Of a DNA stretch of 64,000 bases, positions 39,215 to 48,380 are shown in pieces. Made by a program: the position numbers and the translations under genes. Source of the stretch: an uncultured Candidatus Saccharibacteria bacterium (GTDB lineage: Bacteria; Patescibacteriota; Minisyncoccia; Phycocordibacterales; Phycocordibacteraceae); the NCBI GenBank assembly GCA_964391975.1, contig CAYMNZ010000002.1, positions 12,708 to 76,707 of the forward strand, read 5' to 3'. Position 1 is the first letter of the stretch; the number at the start of each line of letters is the position of its first letter. Below the pieces are notes generated by a model. It saw nothing but the letters and a program-made list of their open reading frames with translations, made no database searches and was not told where the DNA came from.

Positions 39215-39964
39215 ATGGCGGACAACCTTTCGAATCTGGCGGGAGCGGCGGAGTTCTTCGACTCCCCTACTTCCCCGAGCTTCATCGAGCGGCTCGCACG
39301 CATGTACATGCTTCAGGATCCAGCGTGCCTTGTGGTGCGCGGTCTTCCGGTAACTGGTGACCCACGCCCGGACGACCTCGACATTGAAATCACTCATAAG
39401 GAACAGGCTGGTGAGCGCTATAGTCGAGAAGTATTCGAGCTTCTCAACGAACGTATCGGCGGCAACCGCGTCACTACGCATATGGGAAATGTCATACGGG
39501 TGATTGACCCTGACGATCCGTCCGTCATACGTGTAGAGCCTACGCATACGCACCCGGAAACGGGTGTTAACAATATGTTCTGCAATATCGCGGACGGGGC
39601 AATATCACACGTCACATTCGTCGATGACATATGGAGAAATGCCACGGGATATGAACGTGACGCGTACCAGAAATACGGAATGATAAACCTTAAGGACGGA
39701 AGAGCTCTTTGGTACGCGGAATTCGTCAATTGCCATGACATATTCGAGAAGCTAGAAAAACTGTCTGTACTTCCCAATCAGGACCTAATGACAGCAGCCA
39801 CTGCGCTCGCCCAAGCAATCAGGAATAGTGCGCGTGAATATTACCTACGTGAAGGGGATTTTATATTCTTCTCCCAACTTAAGACTCTGCGCGGTGCACC
39901 AGCGTACCCGGCTCCCACATCAGGCATTGAGAGGCGCTGGTACCAGAGCATGACGTACGCGTGA
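39215..39964 (+). CDS. TauD/clavaminate-synthase-like fold protein with degenerate metal ligands
   Basis: CLVVRGLP, PTHTHPE, LREGDFIFFSQLKTLRG..Y..RRWYQSM; spacing resembles L..GD....DN...HGR..RWL.R. Confidence 0.55.
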   Translation: MADNLSNLAGAAEFFDSPTSPSFIERLARMYMLQDPACLVVRGLPVTGDPRPDDLDIEITHKEQAGERYSREVFELLNERIGGNRVTTHMGNVIRVIDPDDPSVIRVEPTHTHPETGVNNMFCNIADGAISHVTFVDDIWRNATGYERDAYQKYGMINLKDGRALWYAEFVNCHDIFEKLEKLSVLPNQDLMTAATALAQAIRNSAREYYLREGDFIFFSQLKTLRGAPAYPAPTSGIERRWYQSMTYA

Positions 39965-39997
39965 GCCGGAGAGTCCAATCATGTATACTCGCCTGAC

Positions 39998-40072
39998 GCT
40001 CTCGTCGTTCAATGGATAGGACATCTCCCTCCGAAGGAGGAAATGTAGGTTCGATTCCTACCGAGAGCACCA
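39998..40072 (+). tRNA. tRNA-Arg(CCG)
   Basis: TCTCC-CTCCGAA-GGAGG anticodon arm; encoded CCA. Confidence 0.92.
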
Positions 40073-40090
40073 TTGTGCTACCGTATTGCT

Positions 40091-40384
40091 ATGGGATTTC
40101 ACGAAGATTGGGGGAAGTTCATCGACGCGGTTTCCCCGGGGACCAAGGAGTACCGGAAGCAGCGAGAGCGCGCAAACGAAGGCCCTCTCTCCGCATGCTT
40201 TAAAAACTATCAAGCAGAGAGTGCCCAGGGGGAAGTGTCTGCCAGTACTCGCGCACGCCTTACTGAGATGTACCGTTCATTTAAAACAATCTGGCCGGCG
40301 GTCGAGTGGAACGAAGTTAACAAACCCAAACGTGTTGAGGTAAACAAGCTTCTCAATAAGATAGGGACCGAGCTTGGTGAATAG
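40091..40384 (+). CDS. hypothetical protein
   Basis: 97-aa ORF with TATTGCT just upstream, ending at a terminator. Confidence 0.5.
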   Translation: MGFHEDWGKFIDAVSPGTKEYRKQRERANEGPLSACFKNYQAESAQGEVSASTRARLTEMYRSFKTIWPAVEWNEVNKPKRVEVNKLLNKIGTELGE

Positions 40385-40410
40385 AAAAACCGCCCTTCCG
40401 GGCGGTTTTG
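40385..40410. terminator. bidirectional intrinsic terminator
   Basis: AAAAACCGCCC-TTCC-GGGCGGTTTTG. Confidence 0.8.
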
Positions 40411-40411
40411 C

Positions 40412-40678
40412 TTAGGCTGTTGCGCGCTTGAGGGCGGCAGCGAGGCGAGACTTCTTCCTCGATGCGGTGTTCTTCTTGATGACGCCGCGCTTTGCTGCCT
40501 TATCAATTGCCTTGTAGGCGGCAGAAAGTGAAGCGGCTGCATCCTTTGCCTTTCCCCCAGAGAGGAGCGTGCGGACTTCCTTGGTGGTGTCGGCGAGTGC
40601 GCGCTTGCGGCGAAGGTTGAACACGTGCTTATTAAGCGACGCGCGGTGGGCCTTCTTTGCTGATTTCGTAATTGCCAT
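40412..40678 (-). CDS. rpsT: 30S ribosomal protein S20
   Basis: KSAKKAHR, AIDKAAKRGVIKKNTASRKKSRL. Confidence 0.96.
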   Translation of the reverse strand: MAITKSAKKAHRASLNKHVFNLRRKRALADTTKEVRTLLSGGKAKDAAASLSAAYKAIDKAAKRGVIKKNTASRKKSRLAAALKRATA

Positions 40679-40732
40679 GTCGCGGCATAGTACGCTATCC
40701 GTCCTTTTCCTGCAAATGGTAGGATTAAGCGG

Positions 40733-41287
40733 ATGATACGGCAGATACGCGGTCGGGTGGTGTCGGTAAGCCCTGAAGGAGCAGTCATTGATGTCTCCGG
40801 TTGGGGCGTTTCAGTGTCCATGCCTTCGACGGCAACGCTTGTTGTAGGGAGCGAAGTTACGCTTGATACACACCTTGCGATGAAGCAGGACGGGGTTGAG
40901 CTGTATGCCTTTTCCGACCCAGCAGACCTCCGCTTCTTCCAGATGACCCTGCTTGTTCCTGGTGTTGGCCCGAAGACCGCGCTTTCGCTTCTGCGCCGCG
41001 CTCCACGAGAGGCGCTTGAGGGAGCAATTGCCAAGCGCGACATCTCCTACCTCACTCGTGTGGTTGGTCTCGGAAAGAAGGCGGCTGAGAAACTTGCGCT
41101 GGAACTTTCGGAGAAAATTGGCACTGACGGCGCTCCACACGACAGCGAGGATGCTGATGTCTTCGATACGCTGGTGGCGCTCGGCTACACCGACCGCGAA
41201 GCACGTCGTGCAGTCTCCGGCATTCCTTCTGAGGTGGTTGGAAAAGATGCGCGGCTCAAGGCAGCACTCTCTTCTGCTGCCCACTAA
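40733..41287 (+). CDS. ruvA: Holliday junction branch migration protein RuvA
   Basis: MIRQIRG, LYAF, VPGVGPKTAL, GLGKKAAEKLALEL, LVALGY. Confidence 0.93.
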   Translation: MIRQIRGRVVSVSPEGAVIDVSGWGVSVSMPSTATLVVGSEVTLDTHLAMKQDGVELYAFSDPADLRFFQMTLLVPGVGPKTALSLLRRAPREALEGAIAKRDISYLTRVVGLGKKAAEKLALELSEKIGTDGAPHDSEDADVFDTLVALGYTDREARRAVSGIPSEVVGKDARLKAALSSAAH

Positions 41288-41289
41288 CT

Positions 41290-42549
41290 ATGGGATTCCT
41301 TCGGAAGGTACTGCAGGTGCTGCTCCCCCGGCCCCTCTATCGCGGACTCCTAACTGGTTACCATTATCTCTGGGCACTCGGGAGTGCGCTTTGGTATGGC
41401 TTCCCTGCTAAGAAGCTGGTGGTCATTGGTGTCACCGGCACCAAGGGCAAGTCTTCTGTCTGCGAGATGCTCGCTGCATGTTTGGAGGAAGGCGGAAAAC
41501 AGGTAGCGCTTTCAAGCACCATTCGCTTCAAGCTCGGCAGCACCTCAGACGGCAACCTCTATAAGATGACCCTGCCAGGGCGCGGGTTCCTGCAGTCGTT
41601 TCTACACAACGCGCGTAAGGCCCGCTGCACACATGCAGTAGTGGAGCTTACGAGCGAAAGCGCCGTGCAGTATCGGCATTCGTTCACGTATCTCAACGCA
41701 CTGGTGTTCACGAACCTCGCAAAAGAACACATTGAGTCACATGGAGGAATGGAAAACTACTTCCAGGCCAAGTATCGACTGGGAGATGCTCTCGCACGTT
41801 CCCCCAAGCGACCGCGTGCCATCATCGCGAACGCAGATGATGAGTACGGAAAGCGCTTCCTCAAGCTCCCACTTGAAGAACAGATTGGGTTCTCGCTTAC
41901 CGATGTTACGGACGTGGTAATGGAAAACGATGGCGTCGCCTTCACGCTCGATGGTGTGCGCTTCTCGCTTCCCCACCCAGGAAACTTCTCGATTCTGAAC
42001 GCACTTGCTGCAGCGAAGGCCGCGCGTTTCCTAGGTGTGCCGCTTGAAGTGAGCGCAAAAGCGCTTGCGAAACTGTCGCGCATTCCCGGACGCGCAGAAA
42101 AGATAGAGGGCGGACAGAAGTTCCTCGCCGTTGTCGACTACGCGCACACACCGGATTCTCTTCGCGCGCTCTACAGTGCGTACCCGTCACGTCGGAAAAT
42201 ATGCGTGTTAGGAAACACTGGCGGCGGGCGCGATACCTGGAAGCGGCCGGAAATGGGGGCCATCGCAGAGGAATATTGCGACGAGGTTATTCTCACGAAC
42301 GAAGACCCCTACGACGAAGACCCTGACGCGATAGTAGCTGCAATGGCGGAGAGGATGCAGAAGAAGCCGCGCATTGTGATGGATAGGCGTGAGGCAATCA
42401 AGACTGCACTCTCGCTCGCACAACCAGGGGACGCTGTGCTTATCACCGGCAAAGGCACCGACCCCTATATCATGGGCGCTCAAGGCTTGCGCACTCCTTG
42501 GAGTGATGCGCGGGTTGTGAAGGACGAACTCGAGAAGCTGGTATCATAG
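41290..42549 (+). CDS. murE: Mur ligase, MurE-like
   Basis: GVTGTKGKSS, VELTSE, FTNLAKEH, PGRAE, VDYAHTPDSL, GGGRD, GKG. Confidence 0.8.
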   Translation: MGFLRKVLQVLLPRPLYRGLLTGYHYLWALGSALWYGFPAKKLVVIGVTGTKGKSSVCEMLAACLEEGGKQVALSSTIRFKLGSTSDGNLYKMTLPGRGFLQSFLHNARKARCTHAVVELTSESAVQYRHSFTYLNALVFTNLAKEHIESHGGMENYFQAKYRLGDALARSPKRPRAIIANADDEYGKRFLKLPLEEQIGFSLTDVTDVVMENDGVAFTLDGVRFSLPHPGNFSILNALAAAKAARFLGVPLEVSAKALAKLSRIPGRAEKIEGGQKFLAVVDYAHTPDSLRALYSAYPSRRKICVLGNTGGGRDTWKRPEMGAIAEEYCDEVILTNEDPYDEDPDAIVAAMAERMQKKPRIVMDRREAIKTALSLAQPGDAVLITGKGTDPYIMGAQGLRTPWSDARVVKDELEKLVS

Positions 42550-42553
42550 ACGC

Positions 42554-43453
42554 ATGAGTAGCAACGCAGTTTTCTTCCTTGGCGTTCTCATCTTTATATT
42601 CGTGCTCTGGGCCATCACCGGCGGCCCTTCCAAACCGTTCTCCTTTGCAGGCCCGTACCTAAAGCCTATTAGCGGGCCAGGCCAGGTTGCCGAGCCCTAT
42701 GACCTCAAGGCTGGCACCTCCTCAACAAGCGGAACATCCGGGAGCTTCTTTGACCTTGAGGCGCAGATAGACGACCTCTCCTCCTTCGGAGAAGCTTCGG
42801 AGTATCGTGGCCTAGTCTTCATTAGCCGCAACCCGAGCGGCCCACGCAACACGGACGCCAAGCAGGAGTACCTTTCTATCTCCGTCTCACGAAGAGTCGC
42901 TGACCCTATTACCTTTTCAGGGTGGAAGCTCGAGAGCGCATCGACTGATGTTGCAGTAAGCATTCCGCAAGGTGTCGAGGTGCCGCACTCCGGGAAGGTG
43001 AACTCGCTTTCAAATATCACACTCGGCCCTGGTGACACGGCCGTCGTAACGAGCGGCCGCTCTCCAATCGGCGTCTCTTTCCGCGAGAATATCTGTACGG
43101 GGTACCTTTCCGAGTTCCAGGACTTCTCTCCCGAGCTCGCACAACAGTGCCCGAGTGCCCAGTCAGAAATACGTGACGCGGGGGGAGATGACGAGTGTAT
43201 CGACTTTGGCTACACCGTCCCGCGCTGCTCGGTAGTCTCGAGAGCCCCGTCGAGCCTCTCCAATTCCTGCGAGGACATCCTCGGAGACCTCAACTACAAT
43301 TCCTGCGCCGCGCGGCACGTGGACGAGCCGTCATTCATCGGGGGCACCTGGCGCGTCTTCCTTGGTAAGAGTAGCGAGCTCTGGCGAGAGAATCATGAGA
43401 CCATCCGGTTGCTTGACGCTGAGGGTAAGACTGTCGACGTGCTCGCGTACTAG
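42554..43453 (+). CDS. secreted/membrane-anchored Cys-containing protein (lamin-tail-like)
   Basis: N-terminal TM; EYLSI..FSGWKL; FRENICTGYL; ETIRLLDAEGKTVD. Confidence 0.65.
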   Translation: MSSNAVFFLGVLIFIFVLWAITGGPSKPFSFAGPYLKPISGPGQVAEPYDLKAGTSSTSGTSGSFFDLEAQIDDLSSFGEASEYRGLVFISRNPSGPRNTDAKQEYLSISVSRRVADPITFSGWKLESASTDVAVSIPQGVEVPHSGKVNSLSNITLGPGDTAVVTSGRSPIGVSFRENICTGYLSEFQDFSPELAQQCPSAQSEIRDAGGDDECIDFGYTVPRCSVVSRAPSSLSNSCEDILGDLNYNSCAARHVDEPSFIGGTWRVFLGKSSELWRENHETIRLLDAEGKTVDVLAY

Positions 43454-43470
43454 TGGTAGCGTAGCCAAAG

Positions 43471-43543
43471 CCGCCCGTAGCTCAGTTGGTAGAGCAGCTC
43501 CCTTTTAAGGAGACGGTCCCAGGTTCGAGCCCTGGCGGGCGGA
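43471..43543 (+). tRNA. tRNA-Lys(TTT)
   Basis: TAGCTCAGTTGGTAGAGC, loop CTTTTAA, GGTTCGAGCCC. Confidence 0.92.
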
Positions 43544-44302
43544 CTATTTTTCTTTCACCTCGGAACCAAAGAGGAGATGTTGTACAACGTTGCCCACGAC
43601 CACAAGCATGAGCGCGAAGAGCGCGAGGCCTGATAACATGGTCACGCTCGCAATGACCTTCCCCCACGCGGTCTGGGGAATGAGGTCCCCGTACCCCACC
43701 GTGGTGATGGTCACCATGGCCCACCACATACCATCCGGGATGGTAGGGAAATGCGTTCCAGGAAGCGTGCCTTCTGCCAAGAACATAAGAGTTCCAGAGA
43801 AGACAACCACGAGTACGAGGGCAAAGAGATAAATCTCGACGTTAATCCAATGAATCTTATGAAGGAGACGGCCGAGACGGCTGCGGGTGCGCTCCGAGGG
43901 CGCGATGAAACGCACCAGGCGCACGGTACGCAGAAGCCGGAGTATGCGCAGGAGCCTGAACACCCAAAGAAGACCGAGCGCCCCAAGTGGGGGACCGAAG
44001 AGTGCGAATCCAGGCAGGATGGAGATGAGGTCGATAAGCCCCATCGGGCTTGAGATGTACTTCCACTTGTGAGGTGCCGTGTAGATACGCAGGGCATACT
44101 CAATGGTAAAGAACGCCAGGAAGAATGCTTCGGCCCAGAAAAAGAATGCAGTGTAGTTAGTTACGAGTGCGGGGACTGTTTCGAGAATGACGATGGTAAC
44201 CGAAACGACAATCGCCAGCGCGAGCAACGTATTCACCAAGATGTAGAGCTTCGAATGCTCCTCGTGGAAGGCGCGGAGCGCGAGCCGGTGAAGAGATACC
44301 AT
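43544..44302 (-). CDS. voltage-gated potassium channel (6-TM)
   Basis: S4 RLLRILRLLRTVRLVR; filter WWAMVTITTVGYGD. Confidence 0.93.
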   Translation of the reverse strand: MVSLHRLALRAFHEEHSKLYILVNTLLALAIVVSVTIVILETVPALVTNYTAFFFWAEAFFLAFFTIEYALRIYTAPHKWKYISSPMGLIDLISILPGFALFGPPLGALGLLWVFRLLRILRLLRTVRLVRFIAPSERTRSRLGRLLHKIHWINVEIYLFALVLVVVFSGTLMFLAEGTLPGTHFPTIPDGMWWAMVTITTVGYGDLIPQTAWGKVIASVTMLSGLALFALMLVVVGNVVQHLLFGSEVKEK

Positions 44303-44321
44303 AGGAAAATCCTAGCACGCG

Positions 44322-44873
44322 CTACCTCTTCTCGTAGATCATGATGCGCGCCTGATAGATAGCGCCAATGGTCTGTATAACACCCATGATGACGAAGAGC
44401 GCGGTGAAGGAGTAGTAGCTGACGATGAGACCGCCGATCAGGATGGAGACCGCGGTGAGCATCTGCTCCAGGCCGTGGGAGAGACCCCAGCTTAGCCCCG
44501 CCGTCTTAGGGTTCTCGAATTTGGCATAGAGCGCGTCCCAGGTCGGATCCGCAAGCGCGAGTGCGACACCGAGTCCCGCCTGCACGATGAAGAGACCGAG
44601 CGTGCTGTCGACAAAGATATAACCGAAGGTAAAGAGTGCGTTTAACGCATAGCCTGCGGTCATGAGCTTGGCGTGTCCTATCTTGTCGGCCCATCGACCG
44701 ACGACGAGCGAGAGAGCGCCAGTAACAAACAGATAGATTGCCCATGCCCACGTAATCTCAAGAATGTCTCCTCCTACTTTTCCGGCGAAGACCGCAAACA
44801 ATGGACCGAGGAGCCCTTCTCCAAACCACCAGAAAGCCGCTCCGTAAAGGAGAATGCGTTCTTCTTTCCTCAT
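44322..44873 (-). CDS. half-size MFS-like transporter (about 6 TM)
   Basis: MFS motif A-like GRWADKIGHAK; 183 aa. Confidence 0.75.
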   Translation of the reverse strand: MRKEERILLYGAAFWWFGEGLLGPLFAVFAGKVGGDILEITWAWAIYLFVTGALSLVVGRWADKIGHAKLMTAGYALNALFTFGYIFVDSTLGLFIVQAGLGVALALADPTWDALYAKFENPKTAGLSWGLSHGLEQMLTAVSILIGGLIVSYYSFTALFVIMGVIQTIGAIYQARIMIYEKR

Positions 44874-45520
44874 ACGGAAAGCGCAAACCGCTCAAGTGCG
44901 AGCGAAAGCTCCAGGTTTCCGCTCCTAGAATCAGAAAGGAGTTCAATCAAATCTCTCGAAAGCTTGCGCGCGCCGTCCTTACCCCACTTCGGGCTTCCCT
45001 TCTGCATCATGTCGCGCGCTTTCCAGTGTAGAAGGCCGTGCACCATCTCAGGAGCATCTCCTTGGCGCAGTGCTGTGGTGATTTCCTTCCAGAGCGCCTC
45101 GCGGTCTTTGGAAGCGAGTGCGTTTACCAGTCCTGAGTTGAACCCTCGTTGAGCCTTCTTCTCCTTGAGGTCTGAGACAAATACCTTCTCGGCCTTCGCC
45201 TCAAGTTTCTTTGCGCGTGCTGCAAGCAGCTTCGGCGCCAGTATCGCAATTGGGTTCGTAGATTCTGCGAGCGCATCAAGATGGTTGAGTAGCACTTCGC
45301 CGGATTCTGCTAGTGAGAATGGGTCATCAATAAGGACGAGTGCTTTCTTGAAGAAGAGTCCTTGAGTGGCAATGGCTTCTGAAAGTGTGTCTTCGGTGAT
45401 GGACTGCGCATCAAGTCGTATATAAGGAGCGTCCGGTTGTTTGCCGCGAGAAGCAGCAATCCACTGAAATGCCTTGGCTCTGGCCTTTCCTGCGTCCGAG
45501 CCGTGGAAGAGGTAGATCAT
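44870..45520 (-). CDS. holA: DNA polymerase III delta subunit-like (short)
   Basis: MIYLFHGSD, QGLF..K.LV, LALERFAL; coupled to polA. Confidence 0.65.
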   Translation of the reverse strand: MIYLFHGSDAGKARAKAFQWIAASRGKQPDAPYIRLDAQSITEDTLSEAIATQGLFFKKALVLIDDPFSLAESGEVLLNHLDALAESTNPIAILAPKLLAARAKKLEAKAEKVFVSDLKEKKAQRGFNSGLVNALASKDREALWKEITTALRQGDAPEMVHGLLHWKARDMMQKGSPKWGKDGARKLSRDLIELLSDSRSGNLELSLALERFALSV

Positions 45521-47904
45521 ATACGCTCCATGGTACCCCAATTAGGGCCTAGCTTAGCCTCCGCAACGATAGGCACGTTATGCGCTTCGTCTGGAGGAAG
45601 CACGTCTTCCATGAGCGCCTTGATTCGAGGAGTGAGCTCCTTAGCGCGCTCCTCGCTCATTTCGTAGACCAATTCGTCGTGCACCTGGAGCAAAAGGTGC
45701 GCGTTCTTGTCGTTGCCTTCCTGTTCAAGGAAGTTGTCGATGCGCACCATCGCAAGCTTGATGATGTCGGACTGTGTTCCTTGGATAGGAGCATTGATGG
45801 CCATGCGCTCTGCCTGCGCGCGCACATACGGAAGCGGAGACTTCATCTCCGGAAACTGACGACGACGACCGAACAGTGTTTCGGTGTAGCCGTTCTTACG
45901 AGCAAAGCCCTTGGTTTTCTCAAGATACTCCGCAAGCGTGCTGAAGGTGTGGAAATAGTCGTCGTAGAACTGGTGCGCCTCAGCAGTCGTCGTACCGAGC
46001 GCACTTCTGAGCGAATTCACCCCCATGCCGTAGAGAATGCCGAAGTTAATTGCTTTAGCGCGTCTGCGCATTTCTGCATCCACCTTATCGGGCGCAACCT
46101 TGAAGACGGCTGCTGCTACTTCTGTATGCACATCGCGCCCGCTGCGGAAAATGTCCCCGAGCTTTTCGTCACCCGAAACAATAGCTGCAATGCGCAGTTC
46201 TATCTGCGAGTAGTCGAGTGCAACCAGTACGCAGCCTTCCGGTGCTGCGAAAGCATTTCGTATAGCGCGACCGCGTTCGCTTCTAATCGGAATGTTTTGA
46301 AGGTTCGGGTTGGCGCTCGCCATGCGGCCGGTTGAAGCACCCGTCTGTATGAAATCTGCGTGCAATCTTCCTCCCTTGTCGAGCAAGGGAGTAATCGCCT
46401 CTATATAGGTAGAGAGAATCTTCTGAATCTCACGATACTCAAGAATGTCCGCAACAATTGGGTGGAGGTCGCGTATCTTCTCAAGCTCAGACTCCCTCGT
46501 GGAGCGCTGCCCGCCCGCAGTCTTCTTCTGTCCTTTGGCAGAAAGCTCAAGTTCATCAAAGAGCACGACGCCCAGCTGCTTGGGGGAACTGATGTTGAAC
46601 TCGTGGCCTGCTGCTTTGTGGATGCGCTTCTCGATTCCCTCGAGTTCTGCTCGGTACGTCTTCTCGAGCTTCGCGAGCACCTTCTTATCGATGTAGACGC
46701 CAACTTCTTTCATCTTTGCGAGCACCGGCACGAGGGGCTTCTCAATGTTCTCGTACACCTCCCAAAGCCTGCCGGTTGCTTTGAGTTGCTTCTCGAGCTC
46801 TGCGTACGCTTCGTCAAACGAGTTGGTCTTAGTGAATGCGAGCACGTCATCAAGAGAGGGGTTGGAGAACTCAGAGTGCAGGAGCCAGAGCATCACCTTT
46901 GATTCCGCCAGGCGCTGAGCTGGAATATCGTCCTCACTCGGCTCCTCTCCCATGTCTCCCTCCTCGTCTTCATCCTCTTCGTCCCCACCAAAGAGCACCG
47001 CACGAGCGCGGCCCCGTAGCGAACGGAACCCAAGCTCATCGAAAAGCGCGAGCACCTTCTTGCCTCGGTCAGCGTGGCGTTCTGCGTCGCCAATAGCAAA
47101 CGCAATCGGGGCGTCGGTACGAATAGTCGCGAGCATCTTTGAGAACATGGCGTCTTCTTCGTGTTCTTTGAGAAGAGCGACGATTCTTGCTTTGATGCCC
47201 TTCTCAAGAAACGGCTTCTCGCTCTTCTTAAGCTTCTTGTATATCTCCTCGACGCTGCCGAAGTTGCAGATAAGGTCGGTCGCCGTCTTCTCACCAATAC
47301 CTGGAATACCTTTGATGTTGTCGGAGGGGTCGCCGCGCAGTCCCTTGTAGTCAGGAATGAGGGCTGGAGGAAACCCGAAGCGGTCCTGTACGGCCTTCTC
47401 GTCGTACATGATGGTATCGTTCAATCCTTTCTTAAGCGTGTAGACCTTCACGCGCTTACCTTCGACTAACTGGAGGCAATCCATGTCGCCGGAGGCAATG
47501 ATGACCTCTACCTCCTTATCGTCGCGAAGCATGTGGGCGATGGTGCCAAGCACATCATCGGCCTCGAAGCCCTCGCGTTCATATATAGGTATGCAAAACG
47601 CCTTGAAAACATCCCTGGAGGTCTTGAGCTGCGCGATGAGTGCATCGTCGGTCTTTGCGCGCGTTCCCTTGTAGTCGGCATACGCCTCGTGGCGTACCGT
47701 GGGCTTTGGAAGGTCGTAACAAGCAGCAACGTAATCAGGCTTCAGGTCCGCAAGGATGCGAAGCAGCATTGAAGAGAGCCCGTAGAGAGCGCCGCTCGGT
47801 TCTCCTGTGGGCGTCGTGAAGTCCGGAAGCGCGTGATACGCACGATGAATAATCGCGTGCGCGTCGAGCAGTATCAGCCGTTTGGTGTCGGTTTTCTTAG
47901 GCAT
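45517..47904 (-). CDS. polA: DNA polymerase I (apparently lacking 3'-5' exonuclease domain)
   Basis: LLDAHAIIHRAYHA, EADDVLGT, GDPSDNIKG, NLQNIP, DYSQIELR, KAINFGILYG, QVHDEL. Confidence 0.96.
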   Translation of the reverse strand: MPKKTDTKRLILLDAHAIIHRAYHALPDFTTPTGEPSGALYGLSSMLLRILADLKPDYVAACYDLPKPTVRHEAYADYKGTRAKTDDALIAQLKTSRDVFKAFCIPIYEREGFEADDVLGTIAHMLRDDKEVEVIIASGDMDCLQLVEGKRVKVYTLKKGLNDTIMYDEKAVQDRFGFPPALIPDYKGLRGDPSDNIKGIPGIGEKTATDLICNFGSVEEIYKKLKKSEKPFLEKGIKARIVALLKEHEEDAMFSKMLATIRTDAPIAFAIGDAERHADRGKKVLALFDELGFRSLRGRARAVLFGGDEEDEDEEGDMGEEPSEDDIPAQRLAESKVMLWLLHSEFSNPSLDDVLAFTKTNSFDEAYAELEKQLKATGRLWEVYENIEKPLVPVLAKMKEVGVYIDKKVLAKLEKTYRAELEGIEKRIHKAAGHEFNISSPKQLGVVLFDELELSAKGQKKTAGGQRSTRESELEKIRDLHPIVADILEYREIQKILSTYIEAITPLLDKGGRLHADFIQTGASTGRMASANPNLQNIPIRSERGRAIRNAFAAPEGCVLVALDYSQIELRIAAIVSGDEKLGDIFRSGRDVHTEVAAAVFKVAPDKVDAEMRRRAKAINFGILYGMGVNSLRSALGTTTAEAHQFYDDYFHTFSTLAEYLEKTKGFARKNGYTETLFGRRRQFPEMKSPLPYVRAQAERMAINAPIQGTQSDIIKLAMVRIDNFLEQEGNDKNAHLLLQVHDELVYEMSEERAKELTPRIKALMEDVLPPDEAHNVPIVAEAKLGPNWGTMERI

Positions 47905-48334
47905 AGGACATGAGGCGAGAACCGTCAGCCTGGGGCGCGAGCCGTATGGCGATGGCGGATGCAGGGAGCGCGCTGGCTACATTCTCCGGCCACTCAAGAA
48001 GAATCAGATTCCCCTCTTCCTTCAGTAAGGCGTCCCAGCCGAGTACCTTGAGCTCGTCCGCGCTCTCCAAGCGATACGCATCAATATGTATAAGGTGCGC
48101 AAACCCGCTCTCTTTGGGAAGCGCATACACCTTCTCGAGTACGAAGGTGGGGCTCGTCACACTCTCAGAGACTCCGTACGCTTTAGCGACCGCCTGCGTG
48201 AACGCAGTCTTCCCTGCCCCAAGCTCTCCTGAGAGGGTAACGAGTGTTGCGGCCCCTGGTGTAGGAGAAAGGCGCCCGGCAAGGGCGCGTGCTTCTAGTT
48301 GAAGGTCAGCAAGGGATGAGAGGACTTTCTCCAT
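47897..48334 (-). CDS. tsaE: tRNA threonylcarbamoyladenosine biosynthesis ATPase TsaE
   Basis: LSGELGAGKTAF, VTSPTF, HIDAYRL, LLEWPE. Confidence 0.94.
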   Translation of the reverse strand: MEKVLSSLADLQLEARALAGRLSPTPGAATLVTLSGELGAGKTAFTQAVAKAYGVSESVTSPTFVLEKVYALPKESGFAHLIHIDAYRLESADELKVLGWDALLKEEGNLILLEWPENVASALPASAIAIRLAPQADGSRLMSYA

Positions 48335-48380
48335 GTACCCATTGTACCAAGAGGGCCCTCGCGCGATACTATGAGGAACT

